Virus record (IMG/VR): IMGVR_UViG_3300043570_004127
Span: 1 to 64,000 of that record
DNA from: a virus
DNA length: 64,000 nucleotides
Reading direction: 5' to 3' (one strand)
In this document: in pieces, positions 10,098 to 18,528 of the stretch
Layout: the number at the start of each line of letters is the position of its first letter
How positions within the stretch are numbered: position 1 is the stretch's first letter
Made by a program: the position numbers and the translations under genes
Notes under the pieces: generated by a model
Seen by the model: the letters and a program-made list of their open reading frames with translations, nothing else
Told to the model about the DNA's origin: nothing
Database searches by the model: none

Positions 10098-10163
10098 ATG
10101 TCTCCGAACTGAGACAATTACACATCTATTCCCAAGTCGGAACAGTTGTGTTATTGTTTTACG

Positions 10164-10239
10164 CGCGCAGTAGCATCAGCGGTAGAGCACCCACGCCATC
10201 TAGTGGAAGATTCCTAGGTTCGAGTCCTAGGCTGCGCGT
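10164..10239 (+). ncRNA. Non-canonical tRNA-like element (pseudo-tRNA)
   Basis: CGCGCAG/CTGCGCG acceptor, GGTAGAGC D-like segment, TTCGAGT T-loop. Anticodon loop GCCATCTA is aberrant. Confidence 0.6.
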
Positions 10240-10243
10240 CAAG

Positions 10244-10318
10244 GCCCCTTTAGCTCAGTGGTAGAGCACCTCACTTGTAATGAGGTGGTCCTCGGTTCAA
10301 TCCCGAGAGGGGGCTCCA
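10244..10318 (+). tRNA. tRNA-Thr(TGT)
   Basis: GCCCCTT/AGGGGGC; CCTCA-CT TGT AA-TGAGG; CCA. Confidence 0.93.
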
Positions 10319-10496
10319 GGGCATACCGGGTCAGATAGCTATTATGTGCAAGTATGTCTTGTCATGAGACTTGCATTGTTGGAGACTAATACACTAAGAG
10401 GCTTTAGATAACGACGCCCCTAATTTAATCCATCCAAGTTTCAGAGGTCCGGTCAACCTATAGAGCTCTAATCACCCTAGAGAGAGAGAATAAGGA

Positions 10497-11144
10497 ATGA
10501 CCACCATAGTAGGAATGCAGGGAGACGGATTCGCTGTCATTTGTACAGACTCCCGCGTATCCGATGACGCTGGAGGAACACTCAGCACTTTAGGACAAGG
10601 AATGTCCAAAGTAGCCCAAAACGGTCCGTACCTTATAGGAGCAGCAGGGGACGTAAGAGCAATAAACATACTGCATCACGCCTTCGCCCCACCTACACCT
10701 CCTTCCAACCTTAAAGGCAAAAAACTCGATGCCTTCATGACAGTCAAATTTATCCCAGCACTAAGAGAATGCTTAGAGAAGCAGGGATACTCATACTTTG
10801 ACAAAGACTCAAACTTCACAGCAACCTTCGAATCAACAATCATCACAGTAATTCACTCAACTATTTACGTAATAGACGGTGACTACTCATGGGCATCAGA
10901 CTCAAACGGCTTATACGCAATAGGTTCAGGGTCAGACTATGCCATAGGGGCAATGAACGTACTCATGCCCAAAAACAAACTCACCATCAACACCGCCAAA
11001 ACCATATGCACAAGAGCACTCACAACAGCCTCCAAATATGACGGAGGAACAGGAGCTCCCTACCACACGTTCCTACAAGAGAGCATGGCAATACGAAACA
11101 AAACAACACCTACACCAAAACCTGCAGTTCGGAAGAAGAGATAA
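10497..11144 (+). CDS. Proteasome beta/HslV-like Ntn peptidase
   Basis: N-terminal MTTIVG, DSRVS, SKV, GAAGD, AIGSGSDYAIGAM, DGGTG. Confidence 0.85.
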   Translation: MTTIVGMQGDGFAVICTDSRVSDDAGGTLSTLGQGMSKVAQNGPYLIGAAGDVRAINILHHAFAPPTPPSNLKGKKLDAFMTVKFIPALRECLEKQGYSYFDKDSNFTATFESTIITVIHSTIYVIDGDYSWASDSNGLYAIGSGSDYAIGAMNVLMPKNKLTINTAKTICTRALTTASKYDGGTGAPYHTFLQESMAIRNKTTPTPKPAVRKKR

Positions 11145-11147
11145 TTT

Positions 11148-11468
11148 ATGGATACAGCTGAAAACGTGAAGGTAATAACAGAAGATGATATACAAGAAAA
11201 AGGTTGGATGAACTTCGCACAATGCAAAGGACAGACATACATGATGTTCCCCAAAGCCCACAAGGACATCAGCTACATACCAGAGGCAAGAGCCCTATGT
11301 GAAGCATGCCCAGTTAGAACACACTGCCTAGAGTACGCACTCGAATTCCCAGTAGCAGACATGCACGGAATATGGGCAGGCATGACCTCAAGACAACTAC
11401 AAACAGAACAGAAGCGAAGAGGAATAACCGCAGTAAGACCGACACTCTCACAGATGTGGGGAGACTAA
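11148..11468 (+). CDS. whiB: WhiB-family transcription factor
   Basis: W..AQC...ARALCEACPVRTHCLEYAL...HGIWAG. Confidence 0.92.
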   Translation: MDTAENVKVITEDDIQEKGWMNFAQCKGQTYMMFPKAHKDISYIPEARALCEACPVRTHCLEYALEFPVADMHGIWAGMTSRQLQTEQKRRGITAVRPTLSQMWGD

Positions 11469-11568
11469 TGGTCCCACTAGGACAACCCTGCAGATGTACG
11501 AAGCTACCGTCGCATCCACTGTGTGGCGATAAAGAGGACGACGACTAGAAAGAAAACCAAAGTCTCCA

Positions 11569-11913
11569 CTATTTACCCCGCACGCCACAAATTGTGCAAA
11601 ATTTCATATTTTGTAATTGCTCGAATGTTGGGTTGCAGTCTGTTTTCCCGCACGGTTGTATTAATGTTTCCCCGCTGAGGTAGGCGCGCAGTTGTTCTAT
11701 CTGTGTTGGTAGCGCTTTCATTGGCGGTGGCGGTGGTGGTAAACCTTTACCTTCACGCAAGGCTGTTAATAAGCATGCAGTCGCCCACTCATTGATACCT
11801 GCACCTTGTACCTTGCAGTGTTTAATGATATCGTTTTTTAACCAGCCGGGAATCGTGAGTACGATGTTGTACTTTCCGTCGTGTAGTTTAGCCTTCTGGG
11901 GTTTGCGCGGCAT
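11569..11913 (-). CDS. RHH-like DNA-binding protein with C-terminal zinc ribbon
   Basis: NIVLTIPGWLKNDI; PCGKTDC...FCTICG. Confidence 0.6.
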   Translation of the reverse strand: MPRKPQKAKLHDGKYNIVLTIPGWLKNDIIKHCKVQGAGINEWATACLLTALREGKGLPPPPPPMKALPTQIEQLRAYLSGETLIQPCGKTDCNPTFEQLQNMKFCTICGVRGK

Positions 11914-12070
11914 CTCGACTCACAAGCGTCAATAAATATTCGGTGATGGTCATGTCGTATCCATCTGCGAGTTGAGCTATGAGGTTTTTTGTACGCCCAG
12001 GTATACGCATCGTTATGTTTGCGTATTCTGTTTCTACTTCTTTTACGGGCCGGCCCATGCGCTTTCGCAT
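11888..12070 (-). CDS. Ribbon-helix-helix protein
   Basis: MGRP...ITMRIP...LADGYDMTITEYLLTLV. Confidence 0.7.
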   Translation of the reverse strand: MRKRMGRPVKEVETEYANITMRIPGRTKNLIAQLADGYDMTITEYLLTLVSRDAAQTPEG

Positions 12071-12079
12071 GTACGCATG

Positions 12080-12556
12080 TTACTCGGTTGCTGGTAGTTC
12101 GTAGGCGTTTGTTTCCCACTGTCGGACTATGGGTTCGTATACGCCGGCAAAGAAGTTCCTGTCCCCGTTTGTGGCTGCAGCTACTGCTGGGAGTCCACCT
12201 AGTTGCGCGAGAGCTAGCCGTATGCAGTCGTGTATCTCTGTGGGCTGTATGGAGCCCGTATTGAGGTCGTTTGTCAAGCGTTGGACCAAAGCCCAGGCTT
12301 GAGCTGTTGTGGGCGTCTGTGGGGCCTTCCCTGCGAGTATGAGCGCCTGTTTACGCACAGCAGCAGGACGCAACTGAAAATGCTCTACAAGCACCAATTG
12401 CGATACAGCTCTATAGGCGTCCATATACTCAACGTCTTTTAGGGCGTGTTCCCATGCGAGCATTGTCTTCTTTAGTGTTGCTGCTGTTGATGGGACGCGT
12501 TCGTTGTAGTGGGAGTAGACGAGTTCTGCGATTTTGAGCATCTCTGTTTTTGTCAT
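12080..12556 (-). CDS. Replicative helicase loader/inhibitor (G39P-like)
   Basis: MTKTEMLKI, AWEHALKDVEY, P.TAQAWALV, FFAGVYE; follows an initiator-like gene. Confidence 0.6.
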   Translation of the reverse strand: MTKTEMLKIAELVYSHYNERVPSTAATLKKTMLAWEHALKDVEYMDAYRAVSQLVLVEHFQLRPAAVRKQALILAGKAPQTPTTAQAWALVQRLTNDLNTGSIQPTEIHDCIRLALAQLGGLPAVAAATNGDRNFFAGVYEPIVRQWETNAYELPATE

Positions 12557-12948
12557 ACGTCACCGTCATCCTTTATGAGAGCCAGTCTAGCGAGTTTTTG
12601 GATTCGTTTGTGGTTTTTCGCTTGTTCTTCTGGTTTGGTTGACACGCGCAATATCAGCTCGAGGGAGTTGTATTTCTTTCCCCGTGGGTTGCTGCCCATA
12701 TGCCATTCGCTTTGCTTGCATCCGATGATTGCGTCTACACAGCTATTTAAACCGTAGCTAATTAAAGCAGTACGTATTATCTCTAGTCGCTGCAGTGTCA
12801 GGACAGGAGTCTTTCCTTTTTGGCCCCAATGATTCTGGGCCCAGGTCTCCCAGATTGTCCGGGCGTCTTCCTCGATGTCCAGCTGTTCGGTCATTGTCAG
12901 CATCCTACTGAGTCTTCTCGTAAAAAGCAAATCATTAAATTCGCTCAC
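12553..12948 (-). CDS. Replication initiator C-terminal-like protein (no N-terminal HTH visible)
   Basis: IWETW...LT.QR...DAIIGC..SEWHMG.NPRGKKYNSLELILR pattern of phage replisome organisers. Confidence 0.55.
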   Translation of the reverse strand: MSEFNDLLFTRRLSRMLTMTEQLDIEEDARTIWETWAQNHWGQKGKTPVLTLQRLEIIRTALISYGLNSCVDAIIGCKQSEWHMGSNPRGKKYNSLELILRVSTKPEEQAKNHKRIQKLARLALIKDDGDV

Positions 12949-13321
12949 TATTCAGGCCAGCTGTGCTGGACGAATGTGATGCAATTGCCATCCCCTGGGG
13001 TGTGAGTCTCTAACTTGGAAATGGTTCATTGTAATTAGCTTTCAATCAATTGCGGGCGTGTTGTATTAGGTCCCCCCACGGTTTACTCATACGAGATGGT
13101 CGCCGTGAGCTTTTAGCCGACACCAGTTGTAATGCATTGAAGTGGTTCTCCCCCTCCGGCTGATAGAACCGTCCGCTACACCTGGGCAGATGTGCATGCT
13201 TTCACGCAGAGAAGTGATACCCATTTCTGGTGGCGAATCGCATTAATGCTGTTAGGCACTGTCTAGCGCATGGTTGCCCCTTCTCTGGGGACTTGATTCA
13301 GTTGTAGGTCTTGCGGCGATA

Positions 13322-13350
13322 ACTATACACACATCCGGCCGGCGGCGCAA
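13322..13350 (-). promoter_or_regulatory. sigmaA-type promoter with a ~370-nt leader
   Basis: Minus strand TTGCGC-N17-TATAGT with TGTG extension. Confidence 0.6.
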
Positions 13351-13517
13351 CTCTTTTCATCCAAGTTCTTTAGCCCCGTACTTCTACCGAAATGCTTAAA
13401 CGATGGGATACCCTTTAAAGTAGCTGGGGCGGGTTTCCCCTTCTCACTGCCCCAGCTTTAATGAGGGTTGAGTTCTCCTAGAAGTTCTGTAGGTGGCTTT
13501 CTAGGAGAGCTCCCCTT

Positions 13518-14039
13518 TTACTTGAGAGGCAGCAGGAACGTCCCGCGTTCCCACATAACACCAATTGTGGAGTAGCCGGCGATATCTAGAACCGTATCTG
13601 TGATGGATTCGTTCTGGGCCTTGTATGAACGCTCAACCTTGGTCAGGTTCTCGAGTCGAGCCAGCTTGTCGTGCGTCCGGATGAGGAGACCCTGCCGGCC
13701 AAACCGGGCAATGTTTTCGTGCCCATAGTCCCGTTGCTTCTTAACAAGGGTATTGGTCAACGTATTGAGTGTGACCAAATAGAAACACCGTGAACCCCAT
13801 TGTAAGGTCAGGCGTGCAAGCTCCTGCCAGTCAGCCACCAAAGCATCTGTGTTGTTGGGAGCCGTAAGGGACTTGATATCCGAGAACCAGCGGTCAACCA
13901 TAAGGTCGAAATGAGACCGCATCTGAGATAGAAGGGCGTCGTCCTCATTGAGTAATTCGCAGATGGCCTTTACTTCGTTGAAGGCAGCATCGTCCCAATA
14001 GGTTGGAATTTCTTGTGTGGTGAGGGCGTAGATTTTCAT
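13518..14039 (-). CDS. Nucleotide-modification-associated domain (DUF1599/Nmad1-like) protein
   Basis: KKQRDYG...GLLIRTHDKLARLENL...ESITDTVLDIAGYS. Confidence 0.75.
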   Translation of the reverse strand: MKIYALTTQEIPTYWDDAAFNEVKAICELLNEDDALLSQMRSHFDLMVDRWFSDIKSLTAPNNTDALVADWQELARLTLQWGSRCFYLVTLNTLTNTLVKKQRDYGHENIARFGRQGLLIRTHDKLARLENLTKVERSYKAQNESITDTVLDIAGYSTIGVMWERGTFLLPLK

Positions 14040-14058
14040 ACGACATGTATAGCACACG

Positions 14059-14088
14059 TCATACACCACCGTCAAACTTTTACAAAGC
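14059..14088 (+). repeat. 30-bp directional repeat, copy 1 (degenerate right arm)
   Basis: TCATACACCACCGTC-AAACTTT-TACAAAGC. Confidence 0.8.
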
Positions 14089-14330
14089 CCAAAATTAGTG
14101 CGTTTGCTTCGCTCTCGTCTTCTCTGACATTTTTGTCGAGCTGTGCTTAGCTTTGTCCCCGGTGCAGATTGGTTCTTCGAGCAGGCGGACATACACAATC
14201 AGCTCGCTGCTGCACACCGGACATATCCAGGTAGACGTCTTAGAACCCATGGCTTTAAATAGTACAACAATCTGTAGCTGCGCGCAGGAATGCCGGCCGC
14301 AAACACGTGAAGTGATTCGTAAACATTTGT

Positions 14331-14663
14331 TTAAATCTCATCAATGCCGCGGTCGAGAAATTTGCGTACGAGCTCTTGAATTTCTTTTTTCTTTTCTTCT
14401 GTTTCGTTGTTGTATATTTCCTGCAGCAAGCCGCGGAATACACGCACGCTCATCTCGAGTAGACCAGAGAGCAGCCCGCCTTCGCGCGCAACGAGCTCTG
14501 AAATCTCTAGAGCATTCGAGCCGGCAATAATCAGTCTGTCTTCATGTGAAAGCTTAGATAGGTCCACACAAGAAACCGAGTCAGTGAGAGGAAAGCCTTT
14601 CTTCTCTACGTCGTCCCATATGAATAAAGATTCTGTTGCATCTGAGAATTCTTGGATACCCAT
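14331..14663 (-). CDS. Hypothetical protein
   Basis: 110-aa ORF in a minus-strand operon. Confidence 0.55.
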   Translation of the reverse strand: MGIQEFSDATESLFIWDDVEKKGFPLTDSVSCVDLSKLSHEDRLIIAGSNALEISELVAREGGLLSGLLEMSVRVFRGLLQEIYNNETEEKKKEIQELVRKFLDRGIDEI

Positions 14664-14912
14664 TTATTTCCATCCTTTTCGTAAACGCTTTTGAGCATAC
14701 ACATCCCAGGTGTATTCAACGTCATCCGCCACCGTCGAACTTTTAGTATGCAATTTTATTTGTTGAAACTTTTTATGGAGCTCTTCGTGTTTTAAAACGT
14801 TGAGCTCAGCTTCGAGCTTGCGCAGCCGCTGCTGAATTCCTTCGAGGCGCCGGCTGAAGAAGATGTGAATTCCAGCGGATAAAGCAATGGCCACAGCAAT
14901 GGATATGTACAT
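14664..14912 (-). CDS. Small TM/coiled-coil protein
   Basis: N-terminal TM; contains repeat copy 2 internally. Confidence 0.55.
   Translation of the reverse strand: MYISIAVAIALSAGIHIFFSRRLEGIQQRLRKLEAELNVLKHEELHKKFQQIKLHTKSSTVADDVEYTWDVYAQKRLRKGWK
14722..14751 (+). repeat. 30-bp directional repeat, copy 2
   Basis: TCATCCGCCACCGTC-GAACTTT-TAGTATGC. Confidence 0.9.
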
Positions 14913-15451
14913 CAGAATGCCGCATCCTGTTTAATTGTCATGTCAACGAGTTTGGCCACTGCCTGGAAGTCTTCGCGCTTGAGGAAGTTGGCTGCAAGGC
15001 CGGCATCGAGAGTGCGTGCTCCTTGAACGTCCCAGTTCATGACGGCTCCATTGTCGTTATACCCGGTGATTGAACGGATGTCTTCGAGGCCCAGCGCGCT
15101 GCCTGGAATCATCTGCGCGACCATCAAGTCGAATTTACAGTTGAGAGTTTTGCGTAGACACATGTACGTGTTCTGGACGATGAGGATATTGATATCTGCA
15201 GCGGCTACGTGCGCGCGCGAATCCATAACCGTGAAATCAACGTCTGGAATCATTTGGTCACTGACTGTGAGTCCGTGCTTAACTTTGTATGGAGACGCTG
15301 AGCCGGGGAAGCCTAAGGCTGCGCAGGATGCATCAGGGTCCTTCGAGACGAGACCAACATAGTGGTCCTTGCTGAGGTCGAGGGCGAGCATCGATGCGAT
15401 AGTCGTGGTGCCCACTCCTCCCTTGGGTGAGTAAACGTTGATAGCAATCAT
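14912..15451 (-). CDS. Short ParA/MinD-family ATPase-like protein
   Basis: SPKGGVGTTT deviant Walker A (catalytic K replaced by T); SD AAAGGA; own promoter. Confidence 0.7.
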   Translation of the reverse strand: MIAINVYSPKGGVGTTTIASMLALDLSKDHYVGLVSKDPDASCAALGFPGSASPYKVKHGLTVSDQMIPDVDFTVMDSRAHVAAADINILIVQNTYMCLRKTLNCKFDLMVAQMIPGSALGLEDIRSITGYNDNGAVMNWDVQGARTLDAGLAANFLKREDFQAVAKLVDMTIKQDAAF

Positions 15452-15487
15452 GATTGCGTATCCTTTCATATGTAGGTATTTGGATAA

Positions 15488-15516
15488 AGGTTACTATTTA
15501 AAAATATTTATGTCAA
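15488..15516 (-). promoter_or_regulatory. sigmaA-type promoter
   Basis: TTGACA-N17-TAACCT followed by an ATACCTAC leader. Confidence 0.7.
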
Positions 15517-15517
15517 G

Positions 15518-15547
15518 TCATCCGCCACCGTCGAATATTTAGTAAGC
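15518..15547 (+). repeat. 30-bp directional repeat, copy 3
   Basis: TCATCCGCCACCGTC-GAATATT-TAGTAAGC. Confidence 0.9.
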
Positions 15548-15581
15548 CAAATATTTGCCGGCGGCAACCGGTCGGCTCCTC

Positions 15582-15779
15582 CTACTCGAAGTAAGCCATC
15601 TCTCCTAGCAATGACATCCAGTCGAACCCTTGGGTGCCAATCTCTTCGAGGTCGACCGCGGCCGCTGCCTGGGTATACGCGTCATCAATCAAATCGTTTT
15701 GGATGCTGCGCAGCCATTCAATCTGACGGCCGAGTGATTGGAACAGTTCATCCTTCACGTCTTCAATTGTGCGGGTCAT
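15582..15779 (-). CDS. Hypothetical protein
   Basis: 65-aa ORF in a coupled operon. Confidence 0.55.
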   Translation of the reverse strand: MTRTIEDVKDELFQSLGRQIEWLRSIQNDLIDDAYTQAAAAVDLEEIGTQGFDWMSLLGEMAYFE

Positions 15780-15924
15780 GAGTGTAACCGCGCTAGCGCT
15801 TCGCGTGCCAGGAACAGTTCGTCCTCAAACTCTTCAGCCTGCTTCTTCCAGTGGTCGCGTTCGAGTGTAACCGCATCAAGTTTTGCACTTAAGCGAATAA
15901 GTTCATCTTGCATCACAGGTCTCC

Positions 15925-16368
15925 TTATGGTTCTGTTGTTGTGGGAAGGAATGGATTAATACTCGAATCTATAGTTACAGAATCTATGGTTGTAGCGTCG
16001 CCAGAAACTTCCCAGAGCGCTATGAAAATCACAGACAGTGGAATAATGAATGCTAAAAGCCCTAGGCCGAGTTCTCGTATCTTTTTAAAAACCAACGCAA
16101 ATACAAGTATTACGTGCCATCCAATTATGATGACCCTGATATAAGTTGGCACGCCTGGACCAACCATCCCCTGTATCAATCCATAGATGATAAATAAACA
16201 GAAAATCCATACTGGATTAAATACCCATATGAGGTATGGGATTGCACCAAATCTTCCAAGGAAAGTTCTCGAGTCGTCATTGGTAACGAAATTGCTCTTG
16301 CCACCAGCCCATAGAACCAGGCACCAAATCGGTAGCAAAAACAAACCAAGATATTCAATACCCATCAC
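15925..16368 (-). CDS. AT-rich multi-pass membrane protein
   Basis: About 4 hydrophobic segments; bracketed by a duplicated initiation region. Confidence 0.6.
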   Translation of the reverse strand: MMGIEYLGLFLLPIWCLVLWAGGKSNFVTNDDSRTFLGRFGAIPYLIWVFNPVWIFCLFIIYGLIQGMVGPGVPTYIRVIIIGWHVILVFALVFKKIRELGLGLLAFIIPLSVIFIALWEVSGDATTIDSVTIDSSINPFLPTTTEP

Positions 16369-16375
16369 AGGCCCC

Positions 16376-16615
16376 CTATTCTTCTTCTTCTAATTCGACA
16401 TCCAACACTTCAATTGATTCTTCATCCATATCGCCCCAGTCGGGCTCAGCGAAATCATCTTTGATGAATTCAGCGTTCTCGTTCAGCCAGGCACCCTGTT
16501 CGTCGATGGTCATTTCCTTCCACTCGTCGGGAAGCGGCTTCTGCAGGTCGTATGTAATGAAACGGTCCTGCGTGTGTGTACGGGTCTCGCGATTTTGTAC
16601 GTTGTAAATTGCCAT
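16376..16615 (-). CDS. Acidic hypothetical protein
   Basis: 79-aa ORF coupled to the upstream gene. Confidence 0.55.
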   Translation of the reverse strand: MAIYNVQNRETRTHTQDRFITYDLQKPLPDEWKEMTIDEQGAWLNENAEFIKDDFAEPDWGDMDEESIEVLDVELEEEE

Positions 16616-16875
16616 TAGTAGTTACTCCAATCGAATCGGTCATTATCAAATACAACTTGCTCTGAACACACACCCAACACTTGGAGTGTCTGTCCGTCGA
16701 TGATGCGGTGACATAAGCCACACACGTACGTACGTTCGTTCCAGCCACTGGTGACCGACGGCGAAACAATTGCACCGTCACTATCACATGAGAAGAAACC
16801 GTCCGAATGTGGTTCATTCCCACACAGGCACTGGAACCAATCTGTGGTCCCACCGATATGCATCACATCAATCAT
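16615..16875 (-). CDS. Cys-rich hypothetical protein
   Basis: CLCGN...GFFSC...CGLC; SD AAGGAG and ACCTACTA leader. Confidence 0.6.
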   Translation of the reverse strand: MIDVMHIGGTTDWFQCLCGNEPHSDGFFSCDSDGAIVSPSVTSGWNERTYVCGLCHRIIDGQTLQVLGVCSEQVVFDNDRFDWSNY

Positions 16876-16931
16876 AAGAACTCCTTAGGTAGTAGGTATT
16901 TACAATGGGGTGCACTGTACACCCCACGTAA

Positions 16932-17141
16932 TCATTTTGCAACTTTTACTCGGTGCTTTTCTATCCATTGCTCTCCCGTGCCGTTTAAAGGCTGCACGAG
17001 GACATCAATGTGGCCGAAGCGCCGACGTACGTCTTTGATTTGCACGCCGACAGAGAGGTCCTCAATTGACATCTTGCCAGTCATTCCTTTCAATGTGGCG
17101 AGTTGTTCGTCGCCGATGTCTTCCTTCGTATAGGTCTTCAT
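16932..17141 (-). CDS. Small beta-rich hypothetical protein
   Basis: SD GGAGG; IKDVRRRFGHIDVLVQPLNGTGEQW. Confidence 0.6.
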   Translation of the reverse strand: MKTYTKEDIGDEQLATLKGMTGKMSIEDLSVGVQIKDVRRRFGHIDVLVQPLNGTGEQWIEKHRVKVAK

Positions 17142-17235
17142 AGGTTGACCTCCTTCCGATGTACACAGTACACATCACACCAGAAAAAAACAACCTGGAA
17201 GAAAGAATTCTGGCCGCTGCTCGAAGGCCTGGACG

Positions 17236-17265
17236 TCATCCGCCACCGTCAAATAAGTAGTAGTC
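17236..17265 (+). repeat. 30-bp directional repeat, copy 4
   Basis: TCATCCGCCACCGTC-AAATAAG-TAGTAGTC. Confidence 0.9.
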
Positions 17266-17362
17266 CCGTTCCGGCCGCATCCCCCGCGGGGCTTCTGGCC
17301 AGGCGCAGCTCGACCGGACGAACGTGCGCCGCAGCCGGCAAGATTGTATTAGCCTATTGACT

Positions 17363-17752
17363 ATGAAAACATCTGAAAAGTGGGCAAGAAACATAAGGGC
17401 TTTAGAAATCTTCGTCGCGGAAAACGGTCACGCACGAGTGCCGGCCGCTGCCCGGGTTGTGGTTGATGAAGTCCCGGTATCTATCGGTTCGTGGGTGAGT
17501 TACCTTCGAGTGAAATACAAACTCGGTTCTGTCCCACCAGAGAAGAAAGAAGTCCTCGAGCGCTTCCCATCTTGGTCTTGGGGACCTTGCAAGCCGGGAC
17601 CTCTGGGTGACGCAGAACGAGACGCCCAGATGCTTCAGTCACGACAGAGTGGAAGAAGCCTTCAGTCAATAGCCGACGAGTATGGTTTGTCAAGACAGAG
17701 AGTTCATCAAATCTTGGAACGAATCAACAAGGCGGAGAAACAAGTTGCGTGA
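17363..17752 (+). CDS. Helicase-associated (HA) domain plus sigma70-r4-like HTH protein
   Basis: W...L..F..ENGHARVP...IGSWV...R...L..FPSWSW; SLQSIADEYGLSRQRVHQIL. Confidence 0.8.
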   Translation: MKTSEKWARNIRALEIFVAENGHARVPAAARVVVDEVPVSIGSWVSYLRVKYKLGSVPPEKKEVLERFPSWSWGPCKPGPLGDAERDAQMLQSRQSGRSLQSIADEYGLSRQRVHQILERINKAEKQVA

Positions 17753-17987
17753 TTACAGAGAACTGAAAGATAAGAAAGACAAAGGCTTTATCGCTGTTGC
17801 CTTCTCAGTAGTAGGTGCGCTCTTGTTCGCAGGGGCTATCTACGGTGGTGGATTATGGGGTGTGCTCTTAGTTCTTCGTCGTGCCGAAGTCATAGACAGC
17901 ATTATGAGTTATCGCAACTGCGTACTCGTAGCGTATGTTTATGTTCTCTTACGCTCGTATGACAACCAGTTGTTCAGCAAGAAGTAA
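17745..17987 (+). CDS. Small membrane protein
   Basis: Hydrophobic helices; coupled to the upstream gene. Confidence 0.5.
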   Translation: MRDYRELKDKKDKGFIAVAFSVVGALLFAGAIYGGGLWGVLLVLRRAEVIDSIMSYRNCVLVAYVYVLLRSYDNQLFSKK

Positions 17988-17989
17988 TG

Positions 17990-18019
17990 TCTTCCGCCAC
18001 CGTCAAATAAATAGTAAGA
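17990..18019 (+). repeat. 30-bp directional repeat, copy 5
   Basis: TCTTCCGCCACCGTC-AAATAAA-TAGTAAGA. Confidence 0.9.
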
Positions 18020-18528
18020 CTATTTATTGCCAGCCGTATCGTTCGGCTGCGACATCTGAAACTCAGTCGTCGTCGGTAAGCAGTAAAAAATAATCAGGCT
18101 CGTCATCATAGTAGCGAGCGTAGAACTTGTCGTGTTCTTTGAGTATGCGCTTCGTGACGGGCTGTAATAGGCACATACCTACCAGCCACATCAGGAATAT
18201 GACGGTCACAGCGAACTCGGACAGTCTAAGTAGGGATTTTCGTTACCTTCGTTGTCCTCACACGAACACCAACCGAAAGTTTCTACCTGCGTCTTGTGTG
18301 TCAAGTTCGCTATTTCTGCCCAACTGTAAGAGAGTTGGCTTGGCTCTGTAACTTTTGCTTTCATAATGTTGCCCACCAAATAATAAATACAACCAACATA
18401 ACTATCTCCACTTTCGCCCCTAGTCCTGTGTCAAGTTTGTTCACAACTTCGCTCTAATCGCTTCCTGTTGCGTACTTTTTGAGTTGGTCAGGGAAAGGAA
18501 GCAACCAAACCCCGACCAACCCAAACTT

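Noticed and set aside
11723-11740. GGCGGTGGCGGTGGTGGT, resembling an inverted repeat core
   Set aside because: It encodes the poly-Pro tract of ORF 11569-11913.
14912-15451. Canonical ParABS system with the repeats as parS
   Set aside because: The ParA-like protein lacks the Walker A lysine, the ParB-like gene is 28 kb away with no evident HTH, and the repeats are not palindromic. Kept only as a weak alternative.
15491-15518. dif-like site (TTATGTCAAGT resembles an actinobacterial XerD arm)
   Set aside because: No credible XerC arm; better explained as the reverse complement of the promoter TTGACA-N17-TAACCT.
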